From Thecamonas trahens ATCC 50062 (lineage: Eukaryota; Protista; Apusomonadida): a stretch of 64,000 nt of DNA. Of the stretch, positions 1 through 11,317 are shown one piece after another; the first letter of the stretch is position 1; each line of letters begins with the position of its first letter. The position numbers were made by a program, and so were the translations under genes. Below the pieces are notes generated by a model. The model was not told the origin of the DNA, made no database searches, and was given only the letters and a program-made list of their open reading frames with translations. The stretch covers positions 567,278 through 631,277 of the forward strand of contig NW_013657674.1 of the NCBI RefSeq assembly GCF_000142905.1, written 5' to 3'.

Positions 1-1941
1 ACATACAAGCCGTCGGGCCGAAACGGGGTGTCCGACGCCAGCGCGCGCGTCCGCGAGAGCACCATTGCGATGCCACCGGCGTACGGCGAGACAGATGGCT
101 TGAGCGCCCAGACAATGGGGTCCGGGATCTTTGGTCCCGACTTGGGAGGCGGTGAGGATGGCGGTGGTGGTGGTGGAAGAGGGGAGGGAGGTGGCGGCGA
201 TGGTGGCGATGGTGGCGGAGGTGGTGGCGACGGGGGTGGTGGCGATGCCGGCGGAGGTGGCGGCGATGGCGCCGATGGCGGCGGAGGTGGCGGCGATGGC
301 GCCGATGGCGGCGGAGGTGGCGGCGACGGCGGCGGGGGTGGCGGCGGCGATGGTGGTGGCGGCGGAACGCATGCGCCGTACGACGGCGAGCCTTCGGTCG
401 TGTCCAGCTCATGCGTGGGTGCACATGTCGTGCATGGCCCGTTCACGGGATCCACAAGGCAGTCGGCTTTCGTCGCGCACCGGGAACCAGTCCATCCGGT
501 GACACAGGCCGAGGTGCAGGTGGCCGGCGGGCCAGCTAAGGTGCAAGGATCGGTTGACCGCTTGCAGAACGTGTTCGACGCACAGTCTCCCGGTGGCGGA
601 TTGACGAACCGCGACACTCCGGAACACGAGGTGTCAGCATTTTCCGCATCACCGCCGTAGTTGGTGCACGAGACCGTGCCGACGGTGTCGATGGTAGAAC
701 CGACGTCGTTAGTGGTGTACAGTGCTCCGCGGACGAGCGCGTGGTTCTGCGTGATGAGCGAGCCTGACAGCGTGGGTACGGCACCAGTGCCAAAGTATGC
801 TCCTGCCCCGAAATCGGCGGTGTTGTCGGTGATGGTGAGATTGTGGAGCGTCGCGCTCGTCGACCCCGTCACATACAAGCCGCCACCGTCTGTCGCCGAG
901 TTCCCGCTCAGCACCGTGTTCGAGATGAGCGAGCCAGTCGATCCAGCACCCGCAAAGCACACGGCACCGCCAAAATCCGCGACGTTGCCGGCGACGAGCG
1001 AGTCGGTGAGCACTACGTCGACGCCCTCGCCCCACCACATGCCGCCGCCACAAACGGCCGCTGAGTTGTCGCGGATAGTGGCCCCGCGGATGCTCCCGGA
1101 CGGCGCATCGCCGCCGACTTGCATCACGGCGATGCCACCGCCACTAGTACCAGCCTCGTTATTGTACACATCGAAAACAGCGCCGGCAACTACGTCGATA
1201 GCGGCGGTCTGGTCCAGATACACCCCGCCGCCCTCAAGCTCCGCAGTCGAGGACGAGATCGAGGCGCCTGCGCCAATGACTTGGAACAGGTTGGAATTTT
1301 GCACCGCAATGGCACCGCCGACAGTGCCTGCGGTACAGCTCCGGAGGATGGCGCCATCGAGTATGAGACTTGAGCCCGATGGGACCTGCACGCATCCGCC
1401 CGGGCCTGTCGCCTCGCAGTTCTCCAGCGTCGAGTCGACAATGGTGAGCGACGACGACTGGCCGACCTCGACGCATCCAGCTTTTGTCACGGCTCCATCA
1501 TCGACCATGCAGCCATTCACGTGGATCCTGGTAAAGGTCACTGTTGAGGCGTCCATCAGTCGCATGCATCCGCCTTTGTTGTACGCCGTATTGGGGCCAC
1601 CTCCATTAACGATGGAAAAGTCTTCGAGGAAAAAGCCGTCGGCCTTGGTATCAAACAGAAACGCCCGCTGATTCGACGACTGGCAATCGATGATAGTCAC
1701 ACCGACGCCTGCACCTCGAATTGTGATGGAGACGCCTGCTCCGAGCCCCGTCACCGCGCTCGCGCATCCTGTCCATGTTCCTGCAGGGATCTCCACAACA
1801 TCGTTGTTGGCCGCAGACGCAACCGTCGACGCGATGTCAGCAACGTTGCCGGGAAACGGGGAGGGTTGCACCAAAGACACCACAAACGAGGAGGAAGGAC
1901 AAGGCAACAACACACAACACGCGTCCTTCGCAGCCGTCCAT
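1..1941 (-). CDS. Secreted/surface parallel beta-helix (pectin lyase-like, PMP-repeat) protein with Cys-rich EGF-like segment and Pro-rich stalk; 3' end runs off the window; frameshift near 1850
   Basis: Minus-strand frame, open from ~2015 to the window start and absent from the ORF track, reads ...GGAIAV...GGGVYL...GGGIAV...NxAxxGGAV... repeats, then CTSACVTGWTGSRC and (SPPPP)n. A signal-peptide-like MDGCEGRVLCVVALSFLLVCGVFGA starts at ATG 1941 in an adjacent frame. Confidence 0.8.
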
Positions 1942-2688
1942 TGCGGTGTGGGTGGTGTGGCAGGCTTGGTTCGGGTGCCTAGTACGGGTGCCAAGTGCGG
2001 GTGAAGCGGTGGGTGTTAACGAAGAGAAGACAACAAGTTGCAACGATGTTTTGACCAGATTGGCGGAGTGGTCATCCCTGACAAACGCACAGGTTCGAGA
2101 ACAATGCCAATTTCCTGCACACTCTCGGTTGCCGGCTGAGTGGTCGCTCCGCTGGCTCGACGGCTTGAGATTTCCTCGCGTTTGCTGTGCTGACCATCTT
2201 TGCCAGCACATCGTGCCAATTGGCACGGTGATCCGCGTGTACAGGAGCGCCGTTCGATGGCTCGATAGCTCGCGTACAAACGAGATCAAGGTAAGAATTG
2301 GGCAGCCAGTGGGCGCCCGTCGTCGTCGTCGTCGTCGCGCATCGTCATCAAAAGGATGGGCGGATGGGTTCCCGCTCCGTCGGAGCCCACTGTGCCGATG
2401 CCATTGGAGCTCTTAGCAAAGTAAGGTGCTAGCTGCTTTGCTTTGCTCCGCCGGCCGCGAGTGTTAGCGGCTCGTAGCAGTCGCGGCAACAGTACTATGG
2501 GGAGTAGTGACATGCAGTCTCCGAAAAATAGTAGCATGCTTGTCACCGGACAACCCTAGCCCATCACTGTCGAGTGCGTCACTTGGCGCGAGCGCGCACC
2601 CAACTCCGACACCACCAAGCTCCCCGCACCACAGCACTCACCCACACCGCAGACTCACACTCACACCCACACAGCACAACCCCTCTCC

Positions 2689-4191
2689 ATGTCGAGCCAC
2701 ACTCCGCGCGGGCTCAAGAATCTGGTGGCGCTCTCGCGGGCGCCCGGGGCCTCGTTCTCGGCTCCGGCGAGCAGCACAGGCAGGCCGGTCGAGGCCAAGG
2801 CGGGGATGGGAGCTACTTCCGAGAGTGATGACCAGGTGGCGGCCATGCTGGCGGCATCGGATCAGCTCAAAGTCTCGCAAATGCTGGCAACCGCTGGCTT
2901 GGCTCCCGAGGAGGCGGCAGAGGCCGCGGCGGCGGCAGCGGGCGCGAGCGACTCGGCTGGCTCGGCCAGTGGCGCAGCCGCGCGATTGGTCCCGCTCCTG
3001 CGGGAGGAGCTCGGCCTTGTCCGCGATCAGCTGGCGACGGCCGAGAGAAACTTTGAGAGTGTGTCAGCTGCGCACGCGCAAGCGCAGCGTGAGCTGGAAG
3101 AGTTGCGCTCGCAGAACGCGGCGCTGGTGTCCCAAGCGCCCGACGTGGCGGCGGCGGCACTGGCGGCGGCGGCGGCGCAGGAGAAGGTCGACGTGGCGAG
3201 TGCAGAAGCTGCAAAGGCCCGCAGCGCGCTGGCGGCCATCACTAGAGAGCGGGATGCGGCGCAAGCCAAAGTTGCCCATCTTACCAAGGCGCAGGGACTA
3301 GCTGCCGAGCAGATCAAGAAGCTCCGCCGCGAGGCCGCTGACGCCCAATTTGAAAAGGGCAAGCTCGCCTCGCTGGTTGAGGCCTCGCAGCGGCAGAGCT
3401 CAGCGCTCAATGCCGAGCTGGCATCGATGGCAACGTCGCTGACTGTGGCCGAAGCTTCACTCGAATCTGTGCGCAACGAGAACGTGGCGCTCAAGGCGGC
3501 ACTAGCCGCCGCAGAGGCTCAGGCGGTCGCCGCCTCGTCCGCTGAGGACGCGGCAGCCCGACTCGACGCCGCACTCGACGAGGCTGCTGCTCTCAAGAGC
3601 GAGCTGCTGGAGATGCGGTCGAGTGCACAGGCTCGCAAGCTCGAGCTCGATGCTGCGCTCGCCGACAAGGACGCCGCCGAGTCGGCACTCGCCTCGCGCG
3701 ACGCTCGCATTCGGGACCTGATGGCATCGGCAGCGAGCTCCGCTGACGACGAGGTTCCCGTCTACAACGAGTCCACAGGCGAGAGCAGTCATTCGTCACG
3801 CTCGTACGCGCCTGCGCCAGTTATGGCTGCGCTGGTCAAGGCGCGCGGCGCGCTCCGATCGACACTCGCCGACCTGCTCACAGCCGAACGCGCGGCCGAG
3901 TCGTCGCTCACCTGCCTAGTCTGCCTCGGCGGCCTCAACGAGCCAATTCTCTTCCCGACCTGCGAGCACGTGGTCTGTGAGGGCTGCGCGCCGGCCGATC
4001 TTGGCCAGTGTCCCGAGTGTGAGGCGCCGAACGAGGCCCGCTTTGCCGGTCCGCTTCGGGTCGACGCGCTCGAGACGCTTGCCTCTAAGTCGCAGTTTAA
4101 GCTTCAGTCGCTCCAGGCAGCGAGCGAGCAGCTGGACGTCTTGTTTGCAGCAGTGTATGCGGCGGTGGGCGCCGGCGCCGTCGAGGAGTAA
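2689..4191 (+). CDS. Ala-rich coiled-coil protein with C-terminal RING finger
   Basis: 500-aa ORF; long heptad-like region, then CLVC...PTCEHVVCEGC...CPEC (C3HC4 spacing). Confidence 0.8.
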   Translation: MSSHTPRGLKNLVALSRAPGASFSAPASSTGRPVEAKAGMGATSESDDQVAAMLAASDQLKVSQMLATAGLAPEEAAEAAAAAAGASDSAGSASGAAARLVPLLREELGLVRDQLATAERNFESVSAAHAQAQRELEELRSQNAALVSQAPDVAAAALAAAAAQEKVDVASAEAAKARSALAAITRERDAAQAKVAHLTKAQGLAAEQIKKLRREAADAQFEKGKLASLVEASQRQSSALNAELASMATSLTVAEASLESVRNENVALKAALAAAEAQAVAASSAEDAAARLDAALDEAAALKSELLEMRSSAQARKLELDAALADKDAAESALASRDARIRDLMASAASSADDEVPVYNESTGESSHSSRSYAPAPVMAALVKARGALRSTLADLLTAERAAESSLTCLVCLGGLNEPILFPTCEHVVCEGCAPADLGQCPECEAPNEARFAGPLRVDALETLASKSQFKLQSLQAASEQLDVLFAAVYAAVGAGAVEE

Positions 4192-4207
4192 AGTCTCGGA
4201 GCGAGCG

Positions 4208-6478
4208 CTAGCGTTCTGGCGAGCGGATGGGAGGCGTGATGTCGAGGTCAACGTCAACGCCGGCAACAAACGACGGATACGACTCGGCGTTGCCCGAGCC
4301 CACGAGCGCGCCTACACGCTCCTCGAGCGAGCCGAGGTGCGCTGCCTGTTCCGAGATGAGCGGGACAAGGCGGTCGAGAAGGTCGTCGACTTGGGTGTCC
4401 TCATCGCGCTGAGCGCGCGCCTTGGACGCGACCTTCATGAGGCGGGCAACCTGTGTGCCGAGCTCCTCCACCTGGCCCCGCTGCTCGTCGTAACGAGCCT
4501 CGGCAGCGCGGAGCTTCTCCAGTGCCGCAGCCTTGTGGCTTCGGATGGTGCCCTGCAGCGAGGCAATACGCTCGTCGGTCCGTTGCTGCAGCCGCGCGAG
4601 CTTGTGGGTGAGAGAGTCGATCTGGGTCGCGCGCTCGCGAAGCTCGTCCTCAAGCTGCACAATGGTGCGCTCGGCCTTGAACCGCCGCTCGCGCTCGGCA
4701 ATGAGCGCACGCGAGGCCTCGTTCTCGCCGTCCGACGCCGCCAATCGCGCCGCGTCAAGCTCGCGGGCTAGCTCGTCGACCCGCTCGCGGTGGGTCACCA
4801 GCACCTGCATCTTCTCGCGCTTTGCCTGGAGGAGGGCAGTGCGGAGCGTGCCAGTTGCGGTCTCGCTCACCGCTGGCACCTCGCCGTGAGTCGCGTACAC
4901 CATGGCGTGCGGGCCGCGCTTCTCGACTTGAAGTGCCCGGACTTGCGCCCGCAGTGCGGCGATGATGCCCTCCTGCTCAGCAAGCAGCGCCCGGGTGTGT
5001 GCGGCCTTGGCCTTGGCGGCGTCGGCGGAGGAGAGCTGAGGCGTAGGCGGCAACGAAGGCTCGAGTTCGTCGAGGACGGCGTAAGCGCGCGCGACCGCGC
5101 CGACGTTGACCGCCAGCTGCGCGGCAAAAAACTCGAGTGGGGTCCGCCGGCGGTCGCCATTGAGACAGACGACGGCCGAGACGGCGCCGGCGGCCCACGA
5201 AGGCATCAGCGCCTTGGTCAGCCAATGCGAGCGATAGTCGATGCCGGGCGTCCGCCCGCTGCCGTCGGGCGATGCCAACGAGCCGGCGTACATGGCAAGA
5301 TGCCGCGCCTCGGCAAACGCTGCCCGCGCTGTCGGCGACTCGTGCCCGCCCACTCCAGCAACCACAACAAAGGTCGCCGAGCCGCCGCGGTCGAGGCTCA
5401 GTACAACTACCAGGTGAGCCTCGGGTGACAAGGTCTCGCGATCGAGGGACACGTTCATGTACCCGAGCGTGAGCACATTCTCGACCTCGTCGACCGAGGC
5501 GACAGCAACTCGCGAGAGTCCCGCCAGCGTTGTGTGTCCCTCGTCGTACTCGAGCACCGCCCGGTGCGGCTTGACGTGCTCAGCGTTGTTCGGCTCCCCG
5601 TCATGAGCTCCGCGGACCGTCACCGGATCAGCGTAATGCGACGATGCTCGCTGTGACTGCAGCCGGTCGCGCGTAACCAGGTCGCGCGGCGCGCCGCTCC
5701 CAATCTCGTACATGGCCATGCGAAGAGCACCGCGTTCGAGGAGCGCCGCCGCCGCGTAGTGCACCGCGCCGCCGGACGGCGTCAGCGGCCCGCCACCGAG
5801 AACATCGTCTCTCCCCAGCGCCCAGAGCCGCGCCGGCGCGCCAGCAGCCACCACCACTGCGGCATCTGCTCCTTCCACGGAAGCCCTTGCCACGGCTGGA
5901 GCCACAGCAGCCGCAAATGCAGCCTCTGCCAGGGCCAACTCCGAGTCGACGACCACTAGAGCGCCATCGCCCGCCGTCGCCGCCGTTGCTACAGACCCCT
6001 GATCGGCAGTAGCTCCTGGCCGCGCCGAGAGCGTCGATGAGGCAAGCGAAGTCGGTGAAGCAGGCGCAGCAGATGAAGCAGCAGCAAGCTCCTCTGCTCT
6101 ACCTCGAGACGACGGGGCAATGCCATCCACAGCCGCCACCAGGGCATCCAGCTCAAAGGTCCGATTCTCTGTGTGTGAGCTCTTGCTGCTGCTGCTCTTG
6201 CTGCTCTTGCTGCTGTTGCTCTTGCTGCTGCTGCTCTTGCTGCTATGCTTGTTGCTATGCTTGCGGGATCGATGCCCATCTGAGCGAGATGATGATGCTG
6301 CTTTTGCTGCTGTTGTTGCTGCCGATGATGATGGGTGGGCATGAGGGTGGGGGTGGGGGTGGGAAGGGGTAGGGGTAGTCTCTGCCTGAGGCACGGGAAG
6401 GACGAGGGAGGAAGGGCCCTCGACTCGGCAGACAGAGTCGCCCCATGGGCATGGGTAGAGCACCCCGACAGTGGGCAT
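4208..6478 (-). CDS. Degenerate (pseudo-)kinesin motor domain plus C-terminal coiled coil
   Basis: Kinesin elements in the right order (RTFELD, EGADAAVVVAAG, MYEIG..RDLV, GLSRVAVASVDEV..VL..G, IDYRSHWLTKAL) but no P-loop, switch I or switch II consensus. Confidence 0.7.
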   Translation of the reverse strand: MPTVGVLYPCPWGDSVCRVEGPSSLVLPVPQAETTPTPSHPHPHPHAHPSSSAATTAAKAASSSRSDGHRSRKHSNKHSSKSSSSKSNSSKSSKSSSSKSSHTENRTFELDALVAAVDGIAPSSRGRAEELAAASSAAPASPTSLASSTLSARPGATADQGSVATAATAGDGALVVVDSELALAEAAFAAAVAPAVARASVEGADAAVVVAAGAPARLWALGRDDVLGGGPLTPSGGAVHYAAAALLERGALRMAMYEIGSGAPRDLVTRDRLQSQRASSHYADPVTVRGAHDGEPNNAEHVKPHRAVLEYDEGHTTLAGLSRVAVASVDEVENVLTLGYMNVSLDRETLSPEAHLVVVLSLDRGGSATFVVVAGVGGHESPTARAAFAEARHLAMYAGSLASPDGSGRTPGIDYRSHWLTKALMPSWAAGAVSAVVCLNGDRRRTPLEFFAAQLAVNVGAVARAYAVLDELEPSLPPTPQLSSADAAKAKAAHTRALLAEQEGIIAALRAQVRALQVEKRGPHAMVYATHGEVPAVSETATGTLRTALLQAKREKMQVLVTHRERVDELARELDAARLAASDGENEASRALIAERERRFKAERTIVQLEDELRERATQIDSLTHKLARLQQRTDERIASLQGTIRSHKAAALEKLRAAEARYDEQRGQVEELGTQVARLMKVASKARAQRDEDTQVDDLLDRLVPLISEQAAHLGSLEERVGALVGSGNAESYPSFVAGVDVDLDITPPIRSPER

Positions 6479-7446
6479 GACAGGGGGGGAGGGGGGATGA
6501 GGGGAAGGGGGTGGGTTGGGGTGGGGTGGTGGCGGTGACCGGTTGGCGCGGCGTTTGGTCGGTTAGTCGGTTGGTCGGCAGCTGGTCGGCGGCCGGTCGG
6601 TGGCCGGTCGGTTGACGGCCAGGTCGTTGATGCTGCTCACGGGCTGCAGCTCACGGCTGCTGTACAAGTTCGATGGAGGTGCCGCTCGTTCGAGTGTGGG
6701 TGTTTGCGTGAGAGATCCGCTGCAATGCTGCACTCAAGTCGCTGCTGCAGCCAACGCTGGGCCCAGTCGGGTGTGCCCGAGTTGCCCGGCGCCGTTGCAT
6801 GACCTACGATCATTTCGAGGCCCTCTGAGGGGAGGGGACGCAGCCAAGCTTGGGTTCTCATCGACGCAACGGCGCCGATCCTGTCATGGTCGTATGGGCT
6901 GGCGGTGCCGGTAAAGTGGGTGTGGGGCGCAGATGTGAGCAGATTGATTCGCGCTAGACTACCACTCATCGCGTCGGTGGCCGCTTGCTGGACCTTTCCA
7001 GCTTGTCCTCAACTCCTTGACCGCGCCATCCAGGCTCGGCTTGGGGAGCACGACATGGCATCGCGCGTCGGGCGTCCATTGAAGGCCCTCTGGAGAAGGT
7101 GGGTGCTCGCTCGAGTGCGGATCAACGACGCCTCGCACACACACACCTCGCTTTCACGCCAACGCCGACGGGTTGGCGTCGGGTCTGGTCGCATCCCCAA
7201 GCTTGTCGGCAAGCATATCAGATAGCACACATGAGGGGTGCAAGGGTGTTGCCACGGACTTTGTCGCGGCGTAGACGACTCTCGCGCTCACATCACGCCA
7301 GCTCGACGCCGTCAACGCAGCACCCACGATACCTCCCCGACCGGTAAGATAAAGTCGAAGCTCGACTTTGTCGGGCCGCTCGACCGGCTCCTCGTGTCGA
7401 TCAGCCTGGTTGACGCCAGCATCGCTCTGGGCTGCATAAACAGAAG

Positions 7447-8241
7447 TTATGCCCGCGCAAAGCACCGCGCCACGCCAGCGTCTACAAATCCAAGCGAGGA
7501 GTAGAGGCCCGCGCCGTCGGGCGAGCTCTGCAGCGACGCCGTCTCGGCTCCGGCGCCAGCTGCCTCCACCAGCACCGACGCGAGCATCGCCCTCGCCAGC
7601 CCACGCCGCCGCCATTCTGCCGCAGTTGCCATGCAGTAGATGCCGACGTCGCCATCGTGAGCAACCGTCACCATCACGCTCACAAATGCTCCCTCCCGCA
7701 CCACGCCAAATGCGGTCGCCGCGGTCTCGGCCGGCATCGCTGCGAGGACGGCTTCAAACGCCGGATCGTCGTAAGCTGTTGCGCAGAGCGTGCCAACCTC
7801 GGCCATGCTCGGCCTTGTCACCTTCACATCATCCGATGTCCAAGCCTCCAGCCCAGCCAATGCGCCAGCTTTGTGAAGATCCAGAGCCATGCACGGCATG
7901 GCGTACTCGACCAGTTCGATCCGCCCAACAGCGATCACACCACATTCGATCTCGGCCTCTTGCGACGGCGCCCAGATCCAGATCAGCGCCGGCTCGCACC
8001 CTGACTCGGACTCTGAGCCACGTTGTGGCAGAGGTCGACTCGGATCAGGCCAAACTGCCGATGAGAAAAAGTCTGCGTTGTCGATCTGGGTCACCACTGC
8101 GCCGACGAGCCCAGGTGCCTCGCAGCATACGCCTTCACCCTCTCCACCAATGCGCACACCCACACCCTCGCCAAAGGCAGCAAACGCCTCACCCATGGTC
8201 TTCATGCCCCTTTTCGCCACCGTCGACATGCTTGCGGCCAT
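7447..8241 (-). CDS. GNAT-family N-acetyltransferase
   Basis: Motif A IYCMATAAEWRRRGLARAML and motif B LQSSPDGAGLYSSLGF; start chosen at ATG 8241. Confidence 0.85.
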   Translation of the reverse strand: MAASMSTVAKRGMKTMGEAFAAFGEGVGVRIGGEGEGVCCEAPGLVGAVVTQIDNADFFSSAVWPDPSRPLPQRGSESESGCEPALIWIWAPSQEAEIECGVIAVGRIELVEYAMPCMALDLHKAGALAGLEAWTSDDVKVTRPSMAEVGTLCATAYDDPAFEAVLAAMPAETAATAFGVVREGAFVSVMVTVAHDGDVGIYCMATAAEWRRRGLARAMLASVLVEAAGAGAETASLQSSPDGAGLYSSLGFVDAGVARCFARA

Positions 8242-8867
8242 TTCCGCTGCTTCGAGCTGTCTCTCGAGCTGTCGCGCTCCGAGATGAGTGCATGATACTC
8301 CTGTGCGATTCCCTCCGCCTCGACGCACTCCCTCACGTTGGCGACGTCACGCACCGCGCCGTCGCCAAACGGCCGAGATCATCCTCCGCTAATGCACTGC
8401 TTCGCATGTACATTAGAGTGTACGACATCGGTGAGCCAGCTTGGTGCACCGACGTTGCCCTGCTGCCGCTCTTCATCGAGCCCGAGTACCTTCGCCCCCT
8501 GCTTGACATCGGCGGACCGTCGGTGGAGTGGCAGCTTCTTCCTCGTCTCGCGCACCAGCGCCAACAGTGTCAACAGCACTCGCACCAGGCTTATCGCAGA
8601 CAATGACGCCATCAACGTTGCTGTGCTCGCTACCGGAGTCATCAACCACGCACGTGAGCTTGGTGTCGAAGTCGACACGGTCGTCCGTGCACGCGTCGGT
8701 TCAAGGCAGTTCGACGTGCTCCTTCGCGTTGTGCGTGAGCGTCTGCGGTAGAGAAAGAACCCAAAACGTGGTAGCAGTGCGGTGGGAGGAGAGGGATTGC
8801 CGATGTAGTCGACTACAAAGCTTGCAAGAGGATTGATGTGGTGATCATCTCAGCGGATCTGGGCGGG

Positions 8868-9393
8868 AACGCTCCGCCGAGTTTCGCCCCCAACCTGGAT
8901 CCAGAGCCTGACGTACAGACTCGTCTCGACCCAACCTAGCAGGACGTGTCCGGTGGTGGGGGCGGTGATGGCTAGTGAAAGAGTCGGAGACGATCTGTAT
9001 CTAGGCATTGATGTGTCGACGACTGGGATCAAGGTTGCGGCGTGCACGGATGACGGCCATGTGGCGGCGACGGCGTCGGTGCGGTTCGACGACGATCTGC
9101 CTCAGTATGGGACCTACGGCGGAGTCCATACCTTTGATGACGGCCGCGTCTCTGCTCCGCTAGCCATGTATGTCGACGGTCTTGTTCTGGCGCTGGATCG
9201 GGCGGCGGAGAGGTTTGGCGCCAACGCGATGGCGGCGGTGGCTGGGCTCGGCCTCTGCGCGGCGCAGCACTCGGTAGTCCTGCTTGCCACCGACGACATG
9301 GCGAGCGCGGCCGGTGACGACGCGCCGAACGGGGCGAGGATCGTGGCCGAGTGCGCGGCGTCGGCAGATGTGCCGTCGTGGATGGACGCGTCA
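8868..9393 (+). repeat. Exact duplicate of 9568-10093 (5' part of xylulokinase) beside an N gap; probable assembly artefact
   Basis: Identical ~526 nt on both sides of the gap at 9396-9567, offset 700 nt. Confidence 0.85.
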
Positions 9394-9667
9394 TANNNNN
9401 NNNNNNNNNNNNNNNNNNNNNNNNNNNNNNNNNNNNNNNNNNNNNNNNNNNNNNNNNNNNNNNNNNNNNNNNNNNNNNNNNNNNNNNNNNNNNNNNNNNN
9501 NNNNNNNNNNNNNNNNNNNNNNNNNNNNNNNNNNNNNNNNNNNNNNNNNNNNNNNNNNNNNNNNNNNAACGCTCCGCCGAGTTTCGCCCCCAACCTGGAT
9601 CCAGAGCCTGACGTACAGACTCGTCTCGACCCAACCTAGCAGGACGTGTCCGGTGGTGGGGGCGGTG

Positions 9668-11287
9668 ATGGCTAGTGAAAGAGTCGGAGACGATCTGTAT
9701 CTAGGCATTGATGTGTCGACGACTGGGATCAAGGTTGCGGCGTGCACGGATGACGGCCATGTGGCGGCGACGGCGTCGGTGCGGTTCGACGACGATCTGC
9801 CTCAGTATGGGACCTACGGCGGAGTCCATACCTTTGATGACGGCCGCGTCTCTGCTCCGCTAGCCATGTATGTCGACGGTCTTGTTCTGGCGCTGGATCG
9901 GGCGGCGGAGAGGTTTGGCGCCAACGCGATGGCGGCGGTGGCTGGGCTCGGCCTCTGCGCGGCGCAGCACTCGGTAGTCCTGCTTGCCACCGACGACATG
10001 GCGAGCGCGGCCGGTGACGACGCGCCGAACGGGGCGAGGATCGTGGCCGAGTGCGCGGCGTCGGCAGATGTGCCGTCGTGGATGGACGCGTCACCCGAGG
10101 CGGTGGCCGGAGCAGCGGTGCTCGCGGAGGCCGCGGGCGGGAGGGCGGCGCTGGCGGCGCGGACCGGCTCGCCGCCGTCGGCGCGATTCTCCGGGCCGCA
10201 ACTGTGGGCAGTGAGGACGCGTTCGAGTGCAACGCTGAAGGCCACGGCTCACGTCCGGCTGCTCTCGGCCGCGCTGACGTCTGTGCTCGCCGGCAAGCTG
10301 GTGGCCAACGACGCGGCGGACGGGTCGGGCACCCACTTGCTCGAGCTGAGCACCCGGGCGTGGGCGAGCGAGTTGTGCGAGGCAGCCGCGCCTGGACTGG
10401 AAGCCAAGCTCGGGCCGGTTGCGGACGGATGCGAGGCCGTGGGCCGGGTCGCACCCTGGCTCGTCGCGCGGTACGGGCTGAGGGCAGACGTGCTTGTGGC
10501 GCCGGGCACGGGCGACAACCCGAGCGTGGTGGCTGGCCTCGGGCTCTCACGGACGCAGGTTGCGCTCTCGCTGGGGACATCAGACACACTCCTGGGGTTG
10601 TCCGATGCCGTGATTGCGTCCGACGCCGCGTCAGTCTTCTGTGCGCCCGAGCCCGCCAACGTGCACGCGCCATACATGGCGCTGCTGGTGTGTGCGAACG
10701 GATCGCGGACGCGGGCGCGGCTGGCGCGAGCACTGGTGGCCGAGACCGAGAGTGACGAGGCAGCATGGGCTGCGTTTGATGCGGCGCTAGCAGATGCACA
10801 GCTACACGGACGCGGGTATGCGCTCTTTGCAGACGTGGCGGAGATCCTGCCGCCGACGGCGGCGGGCGAGCCGCAGCGATGGGATGCCGACGGCGCCTGT
10901 TTGAGTGACGCGCCTGTGGATCCTGGCCTTGATGCCGTTCAGGCCGTGGAGAGCCGGGCTCTGGTGATGGCTCAAGCCGCGAGCTCGGTGGGAATCGAGT
11001 TGTCGGCTGCCGATGTTGCTGTGGCGGTCGGCGGCGGGGCGGCGTCGGACGCAATGCTGCAGCTGTTTGCCGACATCATGGGAGTACGCGTGGCGCGACC
11101 GGTCCACGGGGCGCACGGCGCGGCGATGGGTGCGGCACGGCGGGGAGCGACTGCGTGCGGCGTACCTCCAGACCGGTGGGCACCGAGGCTAGAGGCTGCA
11201 CGGACGCCGCGGACGGCGACGGTGCATCGGTCGGCGGCGTGGCGGAGACGCGGTGCAGCGGCAATGGGCCTGTCGAGCAGAGAGTAG
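9668..11287 (+). CDS. XYLB: Xylulokinase (FGGY carbohydrate kinase, eukaryotic XYLB type)
   Basis: LYLGIDVSTTGIK, AAQHSVV, WMDAS, RFSGPQL, GTGDNP, SLGTSDT, NGSRTR, VGGGA motifs. Confidence 0.88.
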   Translation: MASERVGDDLYLGIDVSTTGIKVAACTDDGHVAATASVRFDDDLPQYGTYGGVHTFDDGRVSAPLAMYVDGLVLALDRAAERFGANAMAAVAGLGLCAAQHSVVLLATDDMASAAGDDAPNGARIVAECAASADVPSWMDASPEAVAGAAVLAEAAGGRAALAARTGSPPSARFSGPQLWAVRTRSSATLKATAHVRLLSAALTSVLAGKLVANDAADGSGTHLLELSTRAWASELCEAAAPGLEAKLGPVADGCEAVGRVAPWLVARYGLRADVLVAPGTGDNPSVVAGLGLSRTQVALSLGTSDTLLGLSDAVIASDAASVFCAPEPANVHAPYMALLVCANGSRTRARLARALVAETESDEAAWAAFDAALADAQLHGRGYALFADVAEILPPTAAGEPQRWDADGACLSDAPVDPGLDAVQAVESRALVMAQAASSVGIELSAADVAVAVGGGAASDAMLQLFADIMGVRVARPVHGAHGAAMGAARRGATACGVPPDRWAPRLEAARTPRTATVHRSAAWRRRGAAAMGLSSRE

Positions 11288-11317
11288 AGCGCAGGCTTTG
11301 TTACATTGTTGGCAGCG

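Noticed and set aside
28-1671. Long plus-strand ORFs here and similar antisense ORFs elsewhere (e.g. 27753-29327, 18399-19667)
   Set aside because: Shadows of real genes on the opposite strand, caused by high GC and codon bias.
2055-2105. tRNA-like A box (TGGCGGAGTGG) and GGTTCGA
   Set aside because: Spacing is too short and no T-stem or acceptor stem pairs.
8330-8860. Short ORFs between GNAT and xylulokinase (also at 6600-7440)
   Set aside because: No recognisable motifs, interrupted frames; treated as intergenic.
8868-10093. Tandem duplication of xylulokinase
   Set aside because: Identical copies abut an N gap, typical of unmerged contig overlap.
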